Assembly (NCBI RefSeq): GCF_009914755.1
Contig: NC_060926.1
From: the human T2T-CHM13v2.0 reference genome, Homo sapiens
Strand: one strand, 5' to 3'
DNA: 64,000 nt
The position numbers and the translations under genes were made by a program. The stretch's first letter is position 1. Each line of letters begins with the position of its first letter. Below are positions 39,432 to 53,773 of this stretch, piece after piece. The notes below the pieces were generated by a model, which was not told where the DNA came from, did no database searches, and saw nothing but the letters and a program-made list of their open reading frames with translations.

Positions 39432-40024
39432 TTGGAAGATGAGCATGATGTCAAACAAACATACACTTCCAAAAGTAGTGGGCATTCCTGCTTAGCCTTT
39501 TGAAAGCGATATGGGGAAGAGAGAAAAGAACATGAGCCATGCCTCAGGTACTCCATGTCCAGGGAATGCAAACTTCATAAAGGCAGAGGTCACATCTGCT
39601 TCTGCTCACTTCTGTGTCTAAACTCAATAACTGCTCTTTGGAAAAGAGGAAACCAAGTGACCCAACACATGGATACACAGAGTCAGGGGACAGCAGTTCC
39701 CACAGAAGACCACCGCAGCAAAGCTGCTCCCAAGTAGAGATAGTGATGCCTGCTCACGGTCACAGGCTGTCAGAGGTTATGTGCCCAGCAAGAACAAAAG
39801 GACCATTGGAAACTGGGTAGCAGTTGGGGCCATTCTGAGAAGGCAACAGTTCCTCTCTTCTGTAAGGACAACTAGAGGGCCAGAGGGAACTTCGTGTTGA
39901 GATGGGGCTGTACGGCACCCAGGGTTTAGTGATGGAGGGCTAGGAGGCTTTGATCCAGGAGCAGAAGAGGCAGGACATGCTCATGGAGCTCATGAGGAAC
40001 AAATCACATTTGAGAGAGCAGTCA

Positions 40025-40388
<364 letters not shown>

Positions 40389-42864
40389 TTAGCAGTGTTC
40401 CTATGCAGGCTATACATTTACATTTAATGTTAATTCTTTTGTGGATGTGTTTTCCCCATTAATTTATCTTCTTGGTATGACTTTCCCCAGAGTGCATGTA
40501 AGAAATAATGTGCTGGGCAAAGCAATGGCTTGGTAGAAGAAACCCAGCACCCCTGCATGGACTGCATACTTCAAACATAACTTCAAACCTCCTACTAGGT
40601 TTGAAGATCCTTAAAGAAAGGGATATCTGAGTATCCTGCATATATTAGGTGACTGGTGAATGCTTGGGGAATGGATATGTGAGTAAGTGACGGTGTCATT
40701 GTCATGAGAAAGAGAAATATTCCTTGCATTTTCTTATTCTATCAATCAAGTCTATAAGATGTCTATTTACTCTTATACTTTAGCACAGTGCTGGTGAGAT
40801 GAATAAACAGGCATTAAAGAGCCTTCTAGAGCATATTAAAACAAATTACTTGCTTTGCAAGCTCAATTTAATTTTATTTCCTTAAAAATCCAACAAAAGT
40901 GCATTGAATCACCTCTAAGCATTAAGTAATGTGCAAGGTTCTAGGGTTTCACTGATGATGAATATGTGATTCCTACTTTCAAAGACCACTTTCAACTGAA
41001 GAAACAGGTTATCTAATTTTAAAAAGGTAGCATAATTTGTACTCTAACAATTGTATTTGTATAGAGCCAAGACAGCATTGTTGTTCTCTCTGCAAAGTTC
41101 TCAGGGACGTGTTGTTGACCCAGTTGTTAGGGTGGTTAAAGCTGTGAATGAACCCTATTTTAAGGCGTTAGCAAGAATTCAGTCTCTTTCATCATGAGAA
41201 GCAATGATCAAGGAACAGATACATTTATAAAGTTGAAGAAAATACCGAAAAATGTATTGAATCTATGTTTTCCCAGGAAGATTGTCTTTTCTTTAATTTA
41301 TCCATAAAAAATATCTGATTTTACAATTTTACTCTGTGCCTTTAAGAGATAGAAAGGAATGAATTCTATTACATTGCATTGTTTGGTGCCAAGCCATAAA
41401 TTTACATAGTTGCAACATAAACAGTTTCAAATTATAACTCTACAATATCCAAACGAAACACTATCAATTCTTTTGTTATTGACTTGTTTTATAGTTGTAA
41501 TGCAGACTCCATATATTTGTTATTCAGTTTTTTATTATATTATTTCTCAGGCAATTACATTTTTACTGCAAATTTGGGGGATTTACTTGATATAATCATT
41601 GAGTACAAGCATAGTGCTAAGTATTTAAATGAGAATGTTATCAAATGAACTTAATTTTTCTTGTCCTGTTGCAACCAGATTATTTTTACTATGTAAGATT
41701 TATTAAAACATATTTTCAATTATGCTGGGAAATTTAAATGAGGCAAGCATTCCACACATAATATTGCCTCCCAATAAGGTTGACATTTACAAGATGGTGA
41801 GTAACATTTTGTGTGCTTATTTCTTAACTACTTTTGATTTTGTCAATACAAGATAAATTAGCCAAAATCAGGCAACTATGTTTAGGCATTTGTATTAATC
41901 AGGTGCTCCATCTTGTCTGCAATATTGATAGGAATGTTTAGCAACTGTGCCAAGTAGACTGAGTGGTAAAAATGAATACAGATTTTGCTATAAATTGCAA
42001 ATAAGTACAAAATTAATCTGATTGACTTAATCAGGAATACAGAAAAACATTAGCATTTCAAGTACTTCTATTTTGATTTGCAGGATTCATTGGCCATGTA
42101 AAACAGCAATTCTATAAATCCTCAGAAGAAATAGCAGAACTGCTTTTACAAATTAATAATGTTTATGTTGTGTAAAGTCATTTTAGACAGTGCCAGTTTG
42201 GTGTTATTGTTTAGGAAAAAACTGAGCCTTGTAATGAAAAATAATTGTTCCTCTGTCATAGGAGGGGTTTAAGACATATTCCTTGATTGAATGTTTGATA
42301 TAGGCTCAAGCACTGGTGGGAAGTTAAAGCGTTCTTGGTATGACCTCTTCTGCTTGTCCCTGTTGACCAAGTTCTTTAACTTGGACACAACTCACCACCC
42401 CACAAACCCTCTCCTGGTATTTTGTGTTGGGGTTCCTACAGTAAATATCAGTTACTGGAGAAAAGGACTTTTCAAAGAAGCATGCCTAGTACTAACACTC
42501 AACATTCACATTCCATATTTTCTTTTAACCAACTGTCTAAATAAGTATATATTGCACGAATATTCAGTTTTAATCTATCGTAATGTTCTCAATTATTCTT
42601 TGAATTAGCTAGTTGCTATTATTGAGCTGATTTAGAATTAATCAGTTTTTCTGAACACATTTGTAAGAAGAAACAATTTAATCTTTTCCCCATTTTTACA
42701 CCTCAAAATTATCTTAAGAATTCATTTACTTTTGAGACAGAACCATTTCTAGTTTCAGTACCACTTTTGAAAGAGTACACATATAGGTAGATCAACTTTG
42801 AAAAAATAACACAATAGGTAGTGTATATAGGATATATTGTATAGAAATAGGAGGAAACTTTCCT

Positions 42865-43043
42865 GTAATAGGAAAGGAAACTTCCGTCTTCTGTTTGTTA
42901 AGAAATATTTGAGAGATCTCACCATCCTGCCTTCTTGCTTTGGCCAAATTGAATAAACCTTTCTCTATCTCTCAGCACCTATGTGTCATGTTTGGCATTA
43001 GCTACACATCCCATACAGGAGCCTGAATTTGGGCTTCTACAAC
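42865..43043 (+). mobile_element. Probable LTR 3' fragment
   Basis: AATAAA at ~42952 followed by U5-like text ending ...TACAACA. Confidence 0.45.
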
Positions 43044-44706
43044 ATGAGGGTGGCCTCTAGAAACAACCTTAAGAGCCCCTTGCAGTAACCCAAACAGGAG
43101 ATAATGGTAAAAGAACTTTTCCCTTTCTAGGATGCTTTGTAGAATAAAACATTTAGATGTGTTGGTGACAGGCTGGGAGGCTGGGAGAAAGGGTAAGCAA
43201 GACCACTTCAAAGGATTTATTGCCTCTGAAAACCAGGAATGTTAAAGCTGTTATCTACTGTGAGAGGGACTAGGTTGTAATGAGGGTAGGATCAGGAGTT
43301 GGGTTTTGGACTTGCAACATTTGGAATGACTACTGCCATCCCAGTGGCATTCAGTGAGCTCCACCCATGAACACCAAGCAAAAGGAGGCAAACAGGAGAC
43401 AGTGTCAGAAACAGAGGATGCACCGGCAGAGGTGAAAGCAAACAGCCTGAAACTGAAACATAACTGGAAGAGTCAAGCTGCCGCTTCTCATGATTAATTT
43501 TAGTTCTGTGTGGGCTAAGGCTAATTAGTAATGTAAGAATTACATGAGCAGGACTGAAAAGTATTTCCCCAGCCGTGGCATCTGGCTCCTTAAAGGGTTG
43601 TATTGGCAGCTCTATGGTGCTCTCCAAATCTGGCATATGGCTGAAATTGGGTTTTGGCAGGTGTGACTTGTGCCCTTGTACCTTTTCATTAATGCATCCT
43701 GTGTTTATTGGAATAAAAATGGTATTGAACATAATCCATTTCTAAGGGAAAGCAACCTCAAAATGATATATGTTTGCGAACATAAATAACATTTAATAAT
43801 TAAATGTCATTTCTAACTATTAAAAGTGCTTGCACGTGGATTATTAACCAGTTGACAATCATTCATGGGAAGGTCACTATGCATATCTCGTTATTGTAAA
43901 GGAGTGATAAAAAAAAAGGTTGATCATTATTGGGTATTGGATCTGCACACTGATTAGATAGGAGGGGTCCCAAGGGAGAGGCGAAGTTGGCCAGCAGTGG
44001 GGTGAGCACGGGGAGTGTTGGGGCAGTGGCTGTGTACCAGTCATATAGTCAGATTATGACACTTGAGCAGCCCTTTGTTTCTAGTGTTTTCCAGCTAATA
44101 CTTACACTGGTTTAAGCAAGGTATCTTACAGGATTCTCTCAACAATCTGGTGGTTTGTGTTTCTTTGGCAATTGAAATAGATGCCCAGAAAAGTTGTGAT
44201 TTTCCTAAGAACATCCAGCTGGCTGTGAGCAGTACTGAACTCACATCCAGATGAACTGGACTAGAAGAGCAGGCTACATGTTTTTGAAATTTCTAAGGAT
44301 TGTTAATATTCAAATCTTCTTTCTCAACCTGGTCATATAATCTCTGATATCACCTCCTTAAACTCATCTAGTAATATTTCCCATCTTCAGAGCCTAAATG
44401 TCAAATGTCATCAGTTTTATGCTTTTATCTTACAATAATATAAAATAAAATGACTTTACTCAAACCACATTGCAAAAGCATTTTTCCAGCATATTAACCT
44501 TTTTATAATTGTTGATATGGAAGAGTTTTAATTCCGTCATAGGTTTTATGCATTTTAAATATTGAGTCTTGGACTGTGCTGATATTTTTGGTAAATAAAC
44601 AGAAAGATGTGCAACTGTGCTGACATTACAGTCTGGAGAAGTGAGAAATTAACTCTGTAGGAAGTCAACATGATGTCAGATCAATGTGACCACTAAATAG
44701 ATGAGA

Positions 44707-44720
44707 GTTGCCAGGGCAAC
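44707..44720. promoter_or_regulatory. RFX X-box-like palindrome
   Basis: GTTGCCAGGGCAAC, one mismatch from GTTGCCATGGCAAC, in non-repeat sequence. Confidence 0.5.
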
Positions 44721-45368
44721 TTTTCACATGCTCTAAGCAATGTGATGGTTTGTTTTCCTATTGATGCATATGCTACCCTATTTTGGCTAACATCCAATTC
44801 AATTACGCAAGTATTTATTGCACCCTTTCTACATATCCAGCATATTTTATAATTTTCTGACATCATTCATATATCTATTCAAAAACGAAGGCTTACACAT
44901 AATGAACTGGCTTAGACTTTATCTACTTTATCTACCAGGAAATTGATTCTTTTTGTAAAAATGACGAGTTCCATCGGCCAGGATCTATACCAAATTCCGA
45001 AGCCAAGGATATGTTAGAAAATATTTTGACACACCAGCCTTTACTTGATCTGTAGTATAAAGCAAGAGTTTCTAACTTGCCTACTATCTTTTTTTCTGCC
45101 TCTGAGATAACATATACAGGTTGCTGTTATGGCCCCTTTAACCATGAGTATACCAAGGGCAAAGAGGTAGAAGTGAGTACAGGCACTTTAGCTAAACATT
45201 TAGTTGAGTTGAGTTTAACTTTTGGTTTAGTTGAAGTGCCTGCACTTAATCAACTAAAAGTTGGGCTGCTTTTTGTTATTACTGTGCATGGCCAATCCAA
45301 CTCAGTGTATTTAACTCATAGACTCATAAATCAGTGCATTAACTCATAGACAACTGTGTATCTTGTTT

Positions 45369-45682
<314 letters not shown>

Positions 45683-45724
45683 GTATCTTGTTTTTTATTT
45701 TTTTTCTTTAACTTTCTAAGTATG

Positions 45725-46345
45725 AAGGAAGCTACGATTATTCTTTCCAAATCTGTCAGGTCATTCCATTCCTCTGCACCAAACCCTGCAATGATCCCCC
45801 TCTCCGTGCAGGAAAAAAAACACCCACAGTCCCTTCAATACATCCAATATGCTGTGTGTGCTGCCCTATGGTCTCACCTCCTCCCCACTGCTCCCTTTCT
45901 TCCTGTGCTCATTTACTGCCCCTCAGGCCTTTCACCATTTAAACAGCTGTGCCCACTAGCCTACCTGACCACTTTGTAAGGATGGCTCCCACCACCTGAG
46001 TCACTCTTTCATCTAATATCCATGCAGCTCCACAGCTCTTCTTTCAGTTTTACACAAATACTGTATTTTCATTGTGGTTGCCCTGACTGCTGGGTTCAAT
46101 ACTTCAGATCCCACACCTAGCATGTCCAGCTCCCCACATCCTGTTTCATCATATTAGATCACTTAACATCTTAAAATACACTACATATTTTGCTCACTTA
46201 TTGTGTTTACTTTATTTTTCCTCCCACTAGAATATAAGACCAAAAATAAAGATGATTGTCTGTTTTGCTTTTTTGTCTCCCTGATGTATCTCAAGTATCT
46301 AGAAGAATGGCACAGAGTAGGTGCTCATTTTTGTTGTTAAATCAA
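45725..46345 (+). mobile_element. L2 3' end
   Basis: tcccactagaatataag...tgtctgttttg...tggcacagagtaggtgctca is the L2 3' terminus. Confidence 0.8.
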
Positions 46346-46843
46346 AGAGTGAAGGAATGAAAGTTAATCCTGAATCTTGTATTCTGTCCTATCATTATTT
46401 TAAATATCTTAAGGATGCTCTTACAAATAAGTACTAAAAAATAGCAGGAGAAATCTATGCCATCCAAGAAAATCTCTGACAAGCTGTCACATGTTTGGAC
46501 ACCTTTAGTCAGTTGAAGAAGAAGGGGAGTTGTGGTCTTCTGGGTAAAGAAGTTGCCCTGGGAGGTGACTGGAGACCATCTTACACAAAATAACTTGCCT
46601 TGATGCGAGAGAAGCCGGAGCAAAGGATAGTCCTTTTCAGATCAGGTCAAAAGACCACCTACAACGAAATCTCCAGCCATAGAGAGGGGCATTATGTATG
46701 GCAGATGCCAGACGCCCACTATTTAATCCAAAGAAGACCAGAACTGGACCAAGTGCACTAGAATATCTGCAGATGGGACATGGAGACCTGTACTTCCTAG
46801 CAACCCAGGAGACCCTGGCTTGACCTAAACTTTACCTGGATAA

Positions 46844-47145
<302 letters not shown>

Positions 47146-49669
47146 TGCCCTGAGAATTCTTACCAATGGTGAGGCACCAAGCATCGGATTGGAGGGAGAA
47201 GGGTTGGTATAAAAACAGAAGAAAAAGGAAGAAGATGGGAGGGACATAAATCACAAATGGGCTGAGAAGCTCTATTATTATTGTTATTATATATTATTTA
47301 TTATTATTAGCTTCATTTTGCAAATAAAATAAACCTCACCACCAAGCTCTAGCAGCAAAACATTTGCGGAGCACCACTGTGTGCTTGGCCCCAGGCACAC
47401 CTGCCATCTCATCTCTATCGACACAGATTGTTCATTTTGCAGATGAGAAAAGTTGATAATAGGAGAGATAAAGCAATTTTCATAAGATTGTTCTCTCATT
47501 AAGCAAATATTTATCAAACACCTTCTATGTTGTCTGTGGGTGGGGCATCCTGAGAGGAATAAGGGAGATGAGGTTTCTGCTCTTACAGAGTTCACATTCA
47601 GCTGGGAGAGGCAGACCACAAAAAGCGACTAATCAATGATGAAGAAGCTTTGAGGTCACGGAGAAGAAAGTGCGTGGAGAGCTGGGATGCAGTGTCTGGA
47701 GCCTGGCTCTGGCCTTTCCTCTCCTCTGCTAGGCTGCAGTTCTGGGCAAGAGCAGACTTCACTGAAACCCACGCTGGCTGTGTTAGCCAATGTGTTGACA
47801 GCACCCTGTGTAAAGAAGTCACCCAACACTGCATCAGTGTGTAAAGTGGAAACCTAACAATCTCACAATGTTCACGAAACGCTAAGGACATCACAAGGAA
47901 TGATGTAGTAAAGTTTTTCCACTGATGTCATCTTTGGAAGTAGATTTTGCTCAATTCTTATTGGAACATGTGCACAGCTGAACTTCAAGATCCTTGGGTT
48001 CTCAGCTCAAATCTATATAAATGACTTAACCAATTGCTTAACTTTCTGGAATTCAGATGCTTTAACTGTAAAATGGTTTGGAGCTCTGAATGGAGTATTT
48101 CCAAATTATATCTAACTGTGAAAATTCAATGACATAGAAGATTTAGGATGGAGAGGAAAAAAAATAACCTACATAACGTACAAATGAATAAAAATTATAA
48201 CAATAATAATATAAATTTATTAAGGTGAGATTTAAAAGAAAAAAGATTGCTATTTTTTTATTGCTAGTTAAAGCTATTCTTGGAAGATTTCCAGGTACTT
48301 TTTAAGTGAAACGTTGTGTGCATGAGATGTCCTTATATCTTTTTCAAGTATATAGATGGGCTCTATTCAAAAAGGGCCTCTCTTCTCGTCTTATGCCCAC
48401 CTGCCATCTGAGCAACTATATCTATTTTTTGCTGGGCTACGTGGAATGATTGTTCTTTTTATGTTCTTGCCTAAGAACACACACAACCACAGCACTCCTG
48501 ACACTTAGAAGGAGATGAATTATATTTAACCGAAAGGACACTTGCTTGACTAGGACTGCTAAATGTGTTAGCTGCAGGGAAGGCCAGCTGCCTTCTTGGC
48601 CATTTGGACATGCCCAATCTTCTCTTACTGATGCACAGATGTCTGAGGCCTTGTGGGTGAATCCCAGTGTGCTTGCAGCCAGGAGAAGGTATTGTGAGCG
48701 GTGCTGAGCATGTGAGGTGACATATGGTTCTCCTTCTCCATTTGACAACTTTATCAGCTTCTTTCCATAGTTCAAGTTTGCAGCTCTGCAGAACCAAAGG
48801 CTGCTATTCAAAATAGCCTCATCACCTCTTCCTTACTCCCTCAACCTCCAGCCCTTGTCCAATTGCCTGGATTGGGAAAGTTCTGCAGTGGTTTGAGCAA
48901 TCACTTAATAAGACGGCTGTCGGTGGTAAAACTGGAATTGGTTGTTGCTATTGTTGCGGCTTTGGTGAGTATCACAAGTAAGCACTGGAAAATTAGAAGC
49001 ACCCAGAGGTTTTAGATAACATATATGTAATGGACAATCATGTCAGGGACCCATTGATTCCTATATAGAAACACGCTGTGCCGTAAGTCTCTTTACTTGT
49101 ATGTATTATAAATATTTAGAAAGGAAAAGTGTGTGTGTTTTATACTCAAAATGAACTTTTTGATCACTACAAAATTCATTTGGTATGGTAAAATTTAGAA
49201 ATAATCTGGAAGTTAAAATTTGAAGAAATATCAATAATGGCCCTTTAATATATAAACATATTATTACTATTATAAAGATTATATAGCAATATTAAAATAA
49301 TAATCATCTAATATTCAATGACAATGGAAAATATAAAATATCTATACTCATGATATCTCTAACAGTGTGTGTATATGAACAATGTGTGGAAAGAAACACA
49401 TTGAATTGTTGATATGTGATAGTGGTAGGACTCTTGTTCTTATTTTAAAGCTTAATTTCATTAGAATAGCATCTGCAAGGCATATATCAAAATATATGTT
49501 TATAAGGTTTTAATAAATAAGAATATGAAATAAGGTGCATTGATCTCTTATTATGTGTCAAGTCTTTGGGCCGTTCATGCTCACAGCCATGTTGTGAGGC
49601 AGACAGTATGCCCATTTTACAGATGAACAGACCAAGGCCGATTAACCAAGGTTAAATTAATTGTCCAAC

Positions 49670-50356
49670 TGTAGCTACAAAGTTACGATTAGAAATAAGT
49701 TCTGGTGTTCTGTTGCATACTAGGTTTAGTGTGGTTAACAGTAAGGTATTGTATATTACAGAATAGCTAGAAGAGAGGCTTTTGAATGTTCTTACCACAA
49801 AGAAATGATAAAGACATGAGGTGATGAATGAGCTAACTACCCTGATATAGTTTGGACATTTGTCCTCTCCAAATCTTATGCTGAAATGTCATTCCCAATG
49901 TTGTAAGTGAGACTTGGTGGAAGGTAGTGTATTATGAGGGTGGATCCCTCATGAATGACTTGGCACCTTCCGCTTGGTGATGAATGAGTTCTTAATCACA
50001 TGAAATAGTTCACACAAGATCTGGTTGTTTAAAAGTCTAGGACCTCCTGTCTCTCTCTCTCTCTCTTGCTCCCTTTCACACCATGTGATACTCCAGCTTC
50101 CCCTTCCCCTTCTGCCACTATTGAAAGCTTTCCGAGGCTCCCACCAGAAGCCAAGCAGATGTTGTTCACAGCCTATAGAACCATGAGTCAAATAAACTTC
50201 TTTTCTTTAAATTACCCAGCTTCAGGTATTTCTTTATACCAATGCAAAAATGGCCTAGTACATACCCTGATTTGATCAGCATACAACACATATACAAATT
50301 AATGTACCAAATCATACTCCACAAATATATAAAATTACAATGTGTCAACTTAAAAA
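49670..50356 (+). mobile_element. L1MA 3' end split by an MST LTR
   Basis: gaaataagttctggtgttct...gaatagctagaagagaggcttttgaatgttcttaccacaaagaaatgata...taccctgatttgatc is continuous L1MA 3'UTR once 49843-50262 is removed. Confidence 0.85.
49843..50262 (+). mobile_element. MaLR solo LTR, MSTA/MSTB-like
   Basis: TGATATAGTTTGG...AATGGCCTAGTACA with a perfect 5-bp TSD TACCC. Confidence 0.93.
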
Positions 50357-51543
50357 GAATTACATATTTGATTTACAAATTTTTTATTCCTTTTAATTCT
50401 ATCTCAGTATTTTTTACAATCTTTGATTACTTTCTCATTTTTCTAATTCCATCTTTTATTTGTTTTAAATAAATATTTTAACCAAAACTGTTAAAAGAAG
50501 AGCAACGTGCACCAAATTAAGTTCAGTGCTCTTTCAACAACATGAAATTTCTATTATGCAAAGTACTGAAATGAGGTACACAAAAAACTCTTGTTATCTT
50601 AGAGCGAGTCTATTGTCAATGTGTCTGGAGAGACAGAGAACAAAAATCCTAGGTCTCAAAATAGATGATTCTTTTTTTGGAATAGTTTACTCCTAAACAA
50701 CTGATATACATGTTTTTCTATTGTATTTCAAATAGGTGAAGTTATTTTCACTAATCCTGTCGGTGCTCACAGCTAAGTCCTACAATGACAGATCATCTAC
50801 CAGCAATCTAGAGAAAATCAGTTTTGTGTATAGAGAAATAAGTTCCCCTGGCCCACCATGGCCAGCATATGACAAGGAAATGACAGAGGGGACTGACTAT
50901 CTGGGCCAGGGGAACAAAGGGAGGTTTGCAGAGATTCTGAGGGTACACGCAAGAGAGTAGGGAGCATTTCTGCAGCGAGAGGTACTTGGCCATGGCTACA
51001 GCAGACAAAGGATGGTCAGGAATACTTTAGCCACAACGTTAGCACAGACATTAGCAGAATGCTAAATCGTGGGATCCACCATAACCAGAAGAATGCTAGA
51101 TCAGTCCCACCTCAGCAAGGACTGGCAAGGACCCCCAAAACAAAGAAAAAATTCAAGGACTCTGTCACTCCATACCACAAGTTCACAGGAGCCCTTCATC
51201 CTCCAAACAGTGTGATGCCACACTGCGGACATACAGATGAGGGCAGAATTGATGAGACTGAAAAAGTGCCTAAAGGGATTATTTACAATATTGGTTTGGA
51301 CACAGTTTTGAACCAAATTAGACTAAGTAAATTTCCATTTTTATCATCAAATAAAGGATCATGAAGGAACACCACGTCAGTTTTAGACAAAATGCGTTCT
51401 ATATCGGCATACACAGATCCCCCTCCATACTGTGTATATGTGTTTACTCATATATAGATGTGTGTACATGCATAGTCACATACCTTATTGACATTACAAC
51501 TATCATCACAATGGTTTTCACCATACTATAGCACAGACAAATA

Positions 51544-51891
<348 letters not shown>

Positions 51892-52497
51892 TGATTACAA
51901 ATCTATTTGCTCAATTCCTAGTTCTGTATTCAACACTGATATTGTTGTTGTTTTAGATCACACACAATTCACATTGAGCCAGTAATGTCTTTGAAGCATT
52001 ACTGAAATAAAAATTTCAGCATATTCTCAATAATTTTGCAGCTCCTCCAAATTTAATCACTATATAGAATCTTCATTTACAGTTTTAAAATTGCACTAGC
52101 CATCTCTTCCTTCACCTTTTTTTAAACTGTACAAAACTGAGAAGGCTGAAATTATATTTTTCTCATAATTTTACAAACATACCTACTTTTTCTACCTAAA
52201 ATTATCCAGAAAGTGCTTTCTTCTCTATGTGTTGTGTGGAAAGGCTTCTATATGCCTATTTTTGAAGAAAATAGTTCACTTTTACTCCATTATATGAAAT
52301 TTTTTCATTATTTAAATCCTGTGATTAGTTTTTTCACTGAATAGTCACTTCCATAGCAGTTTGGTTAAAAATTCTACAGTAAAAGTAGTAAGTGTTGGCC
52401 ACTTACCACTTGTAAAGTGTATGGGCATAGCTGTATGTGTGTGTTTATACATTTATATACAGATGTGTGTATATTAAATATGTAATGTAATATAATA

Positions 52498-52660
52498 CAA
52501 ATGGTCTCTGACTAATGAAGGTTAAACTTATGATTTTTTCACGTTACAATGGTGTGAGATTGGTGCACATTTAGTAGAAGCCATACTTTGAGTACCCATA
52601 CAACATTTCTATTTTTCAGTGCAGTATTCAACTAATTACATAGCTCTTCAATATTTTATT
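52498..52660 (+). mobile_element. MER47A (Tigger-family) fragment
   Basis: caaatggtctctgactaatgaaggttaaacttatgatttttt...tagtagaagccatactttgagtacccatacaac matches the MER47A start. Confidence 0.75.
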
Positions 52661-53062
52661 TGTGTATTTTATGCACATATTTATTTTAATACAAACGTAC
52701 AGCTTTGGTCAAATGTTTAATATTCACTGTAATTTTATGGGTGACATTAGCAAGATCTATTTGTCTAAAAACTCTTTCTTACAAAAAAACCCACTTTAAA
52801 CTTCTCAAATGCCCCTCCATCCCATTTTTTTAAGTTTCTAATAAACATAAAACATATTTTTAAAAGAAGAAGAAAGGCTCCAGAAGATCAGAACAATACA
52901 ACTGGTTTTACCAAATTCAGGCATTTAGAAATTGAGAAAAGAGGCAATTTTTAAACTTATGACATGACAACAGGCATAAAACAGCCTGCTATGGACAAAG
53001 CAGCAAGTGTAGTCAGCCTGCTAAAATTCAGCCTCTGTGAGCACAGCACTTAATTTTACCCC

Positions 53063-53773
53063 TTATTTTTTAGTAGAAATAGGATCTCAGAAATCACCGG
53101 ACTTCTGTATTGGTCTCGTTGGAAGCTGCAGACCGGAACTGTTTCTATTTGGCCATCTTGGCCCCCCGCCGCCAATTCTACTGTAAAGACACATGCACAC
53201 GTATGTTTATAGCAAAGACTTGGAACCAATTCAAATGTCCATCAATGACAGACTGGATAAAGAAAATGGGGCACATATACACCACGGAATACTATACAGC
53301 CGTAAAAAAGAATGAGTTCATGTCTTTTGCAGGGACATGGATGAAGCTGGAGGCCATCACTCTCAGCAAACAAAGGAACAGAAAACCAAACACTGCATGT
53401 TCTCACTCATAAGTGGGATTTGAACAATGAGAACACATGGACACAGGGAGGGGAACAACACACACCGGGTCCTGTTGGGGCGTGGAGGAAAAGGGGAGGG
53501 AGAGGATTAGGAGAAATATCTAATGCATGTGGGGCTTAAAACCTAGATGACAGGTTGATAGGTGCAGCAAACCACCATGGCATATGTATATCTATGTAAC
53601 AAACCTGCACATTCTGCACATGTATCCCAGAACTTAGAGTAAAGTAAAAAAAAAAAAAATAAGAATCGCACTATGTTTCCTAGGCTGGTCTTGAACTCCT
53701 AGCCTTAAGTGATCCTCCTGCCTCAGCCTCCCAAAGTGCTGAGATTACAGGCTTGACCCACCATGACCAGCCC
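53063..53773 (-). mobile_element. FLAM/Alu left monomer split by an L1PA insertion
   Basis: gtagaaataggatctca (to 53089) rejoins ctatgtttcctaggctggtc (from 53671). Confidence 0.88.
53090..53659 (+). mobile_element. 5'-inverted L1PA7/8-like insertion
   Basis: 53090-53167 is the reverse complement of the L1 5' terminus (GGGGGGCCAAGATGGCCAAATAGAAACAG...GTGATTTC). 53174-53659 is the sense L1PA 3' end with an A tail. Diverged TSD aaataggatctca/aaataagaatcgca. Confidence 0.9.

Noticed and set aside
38893-39571. Longest ORFs (142-214 aa, His/Thr-rich)
   Set aside because: They are translations of the CA-strand of the TG repeat and are open in all three frames because the repeat lacks stops.
43292-43732. 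146-aa minus ORF
   Set aside because: No recognisable domain or flanking gene structure; length is compatible with chance in 64 kb.
43987-44005. CTCF-like TGGCCAGCAGTGGGGTG
   Set aside because: Three mismatches in the core, including the conserved GGC; too weak.
48437-48811. Two overlapping minus ORFs (108 and 124 aa) as a pseudogene or exon
   Set aside because: No recognisable protein motif, no poly(A)/TSD, and only a weak donor site.
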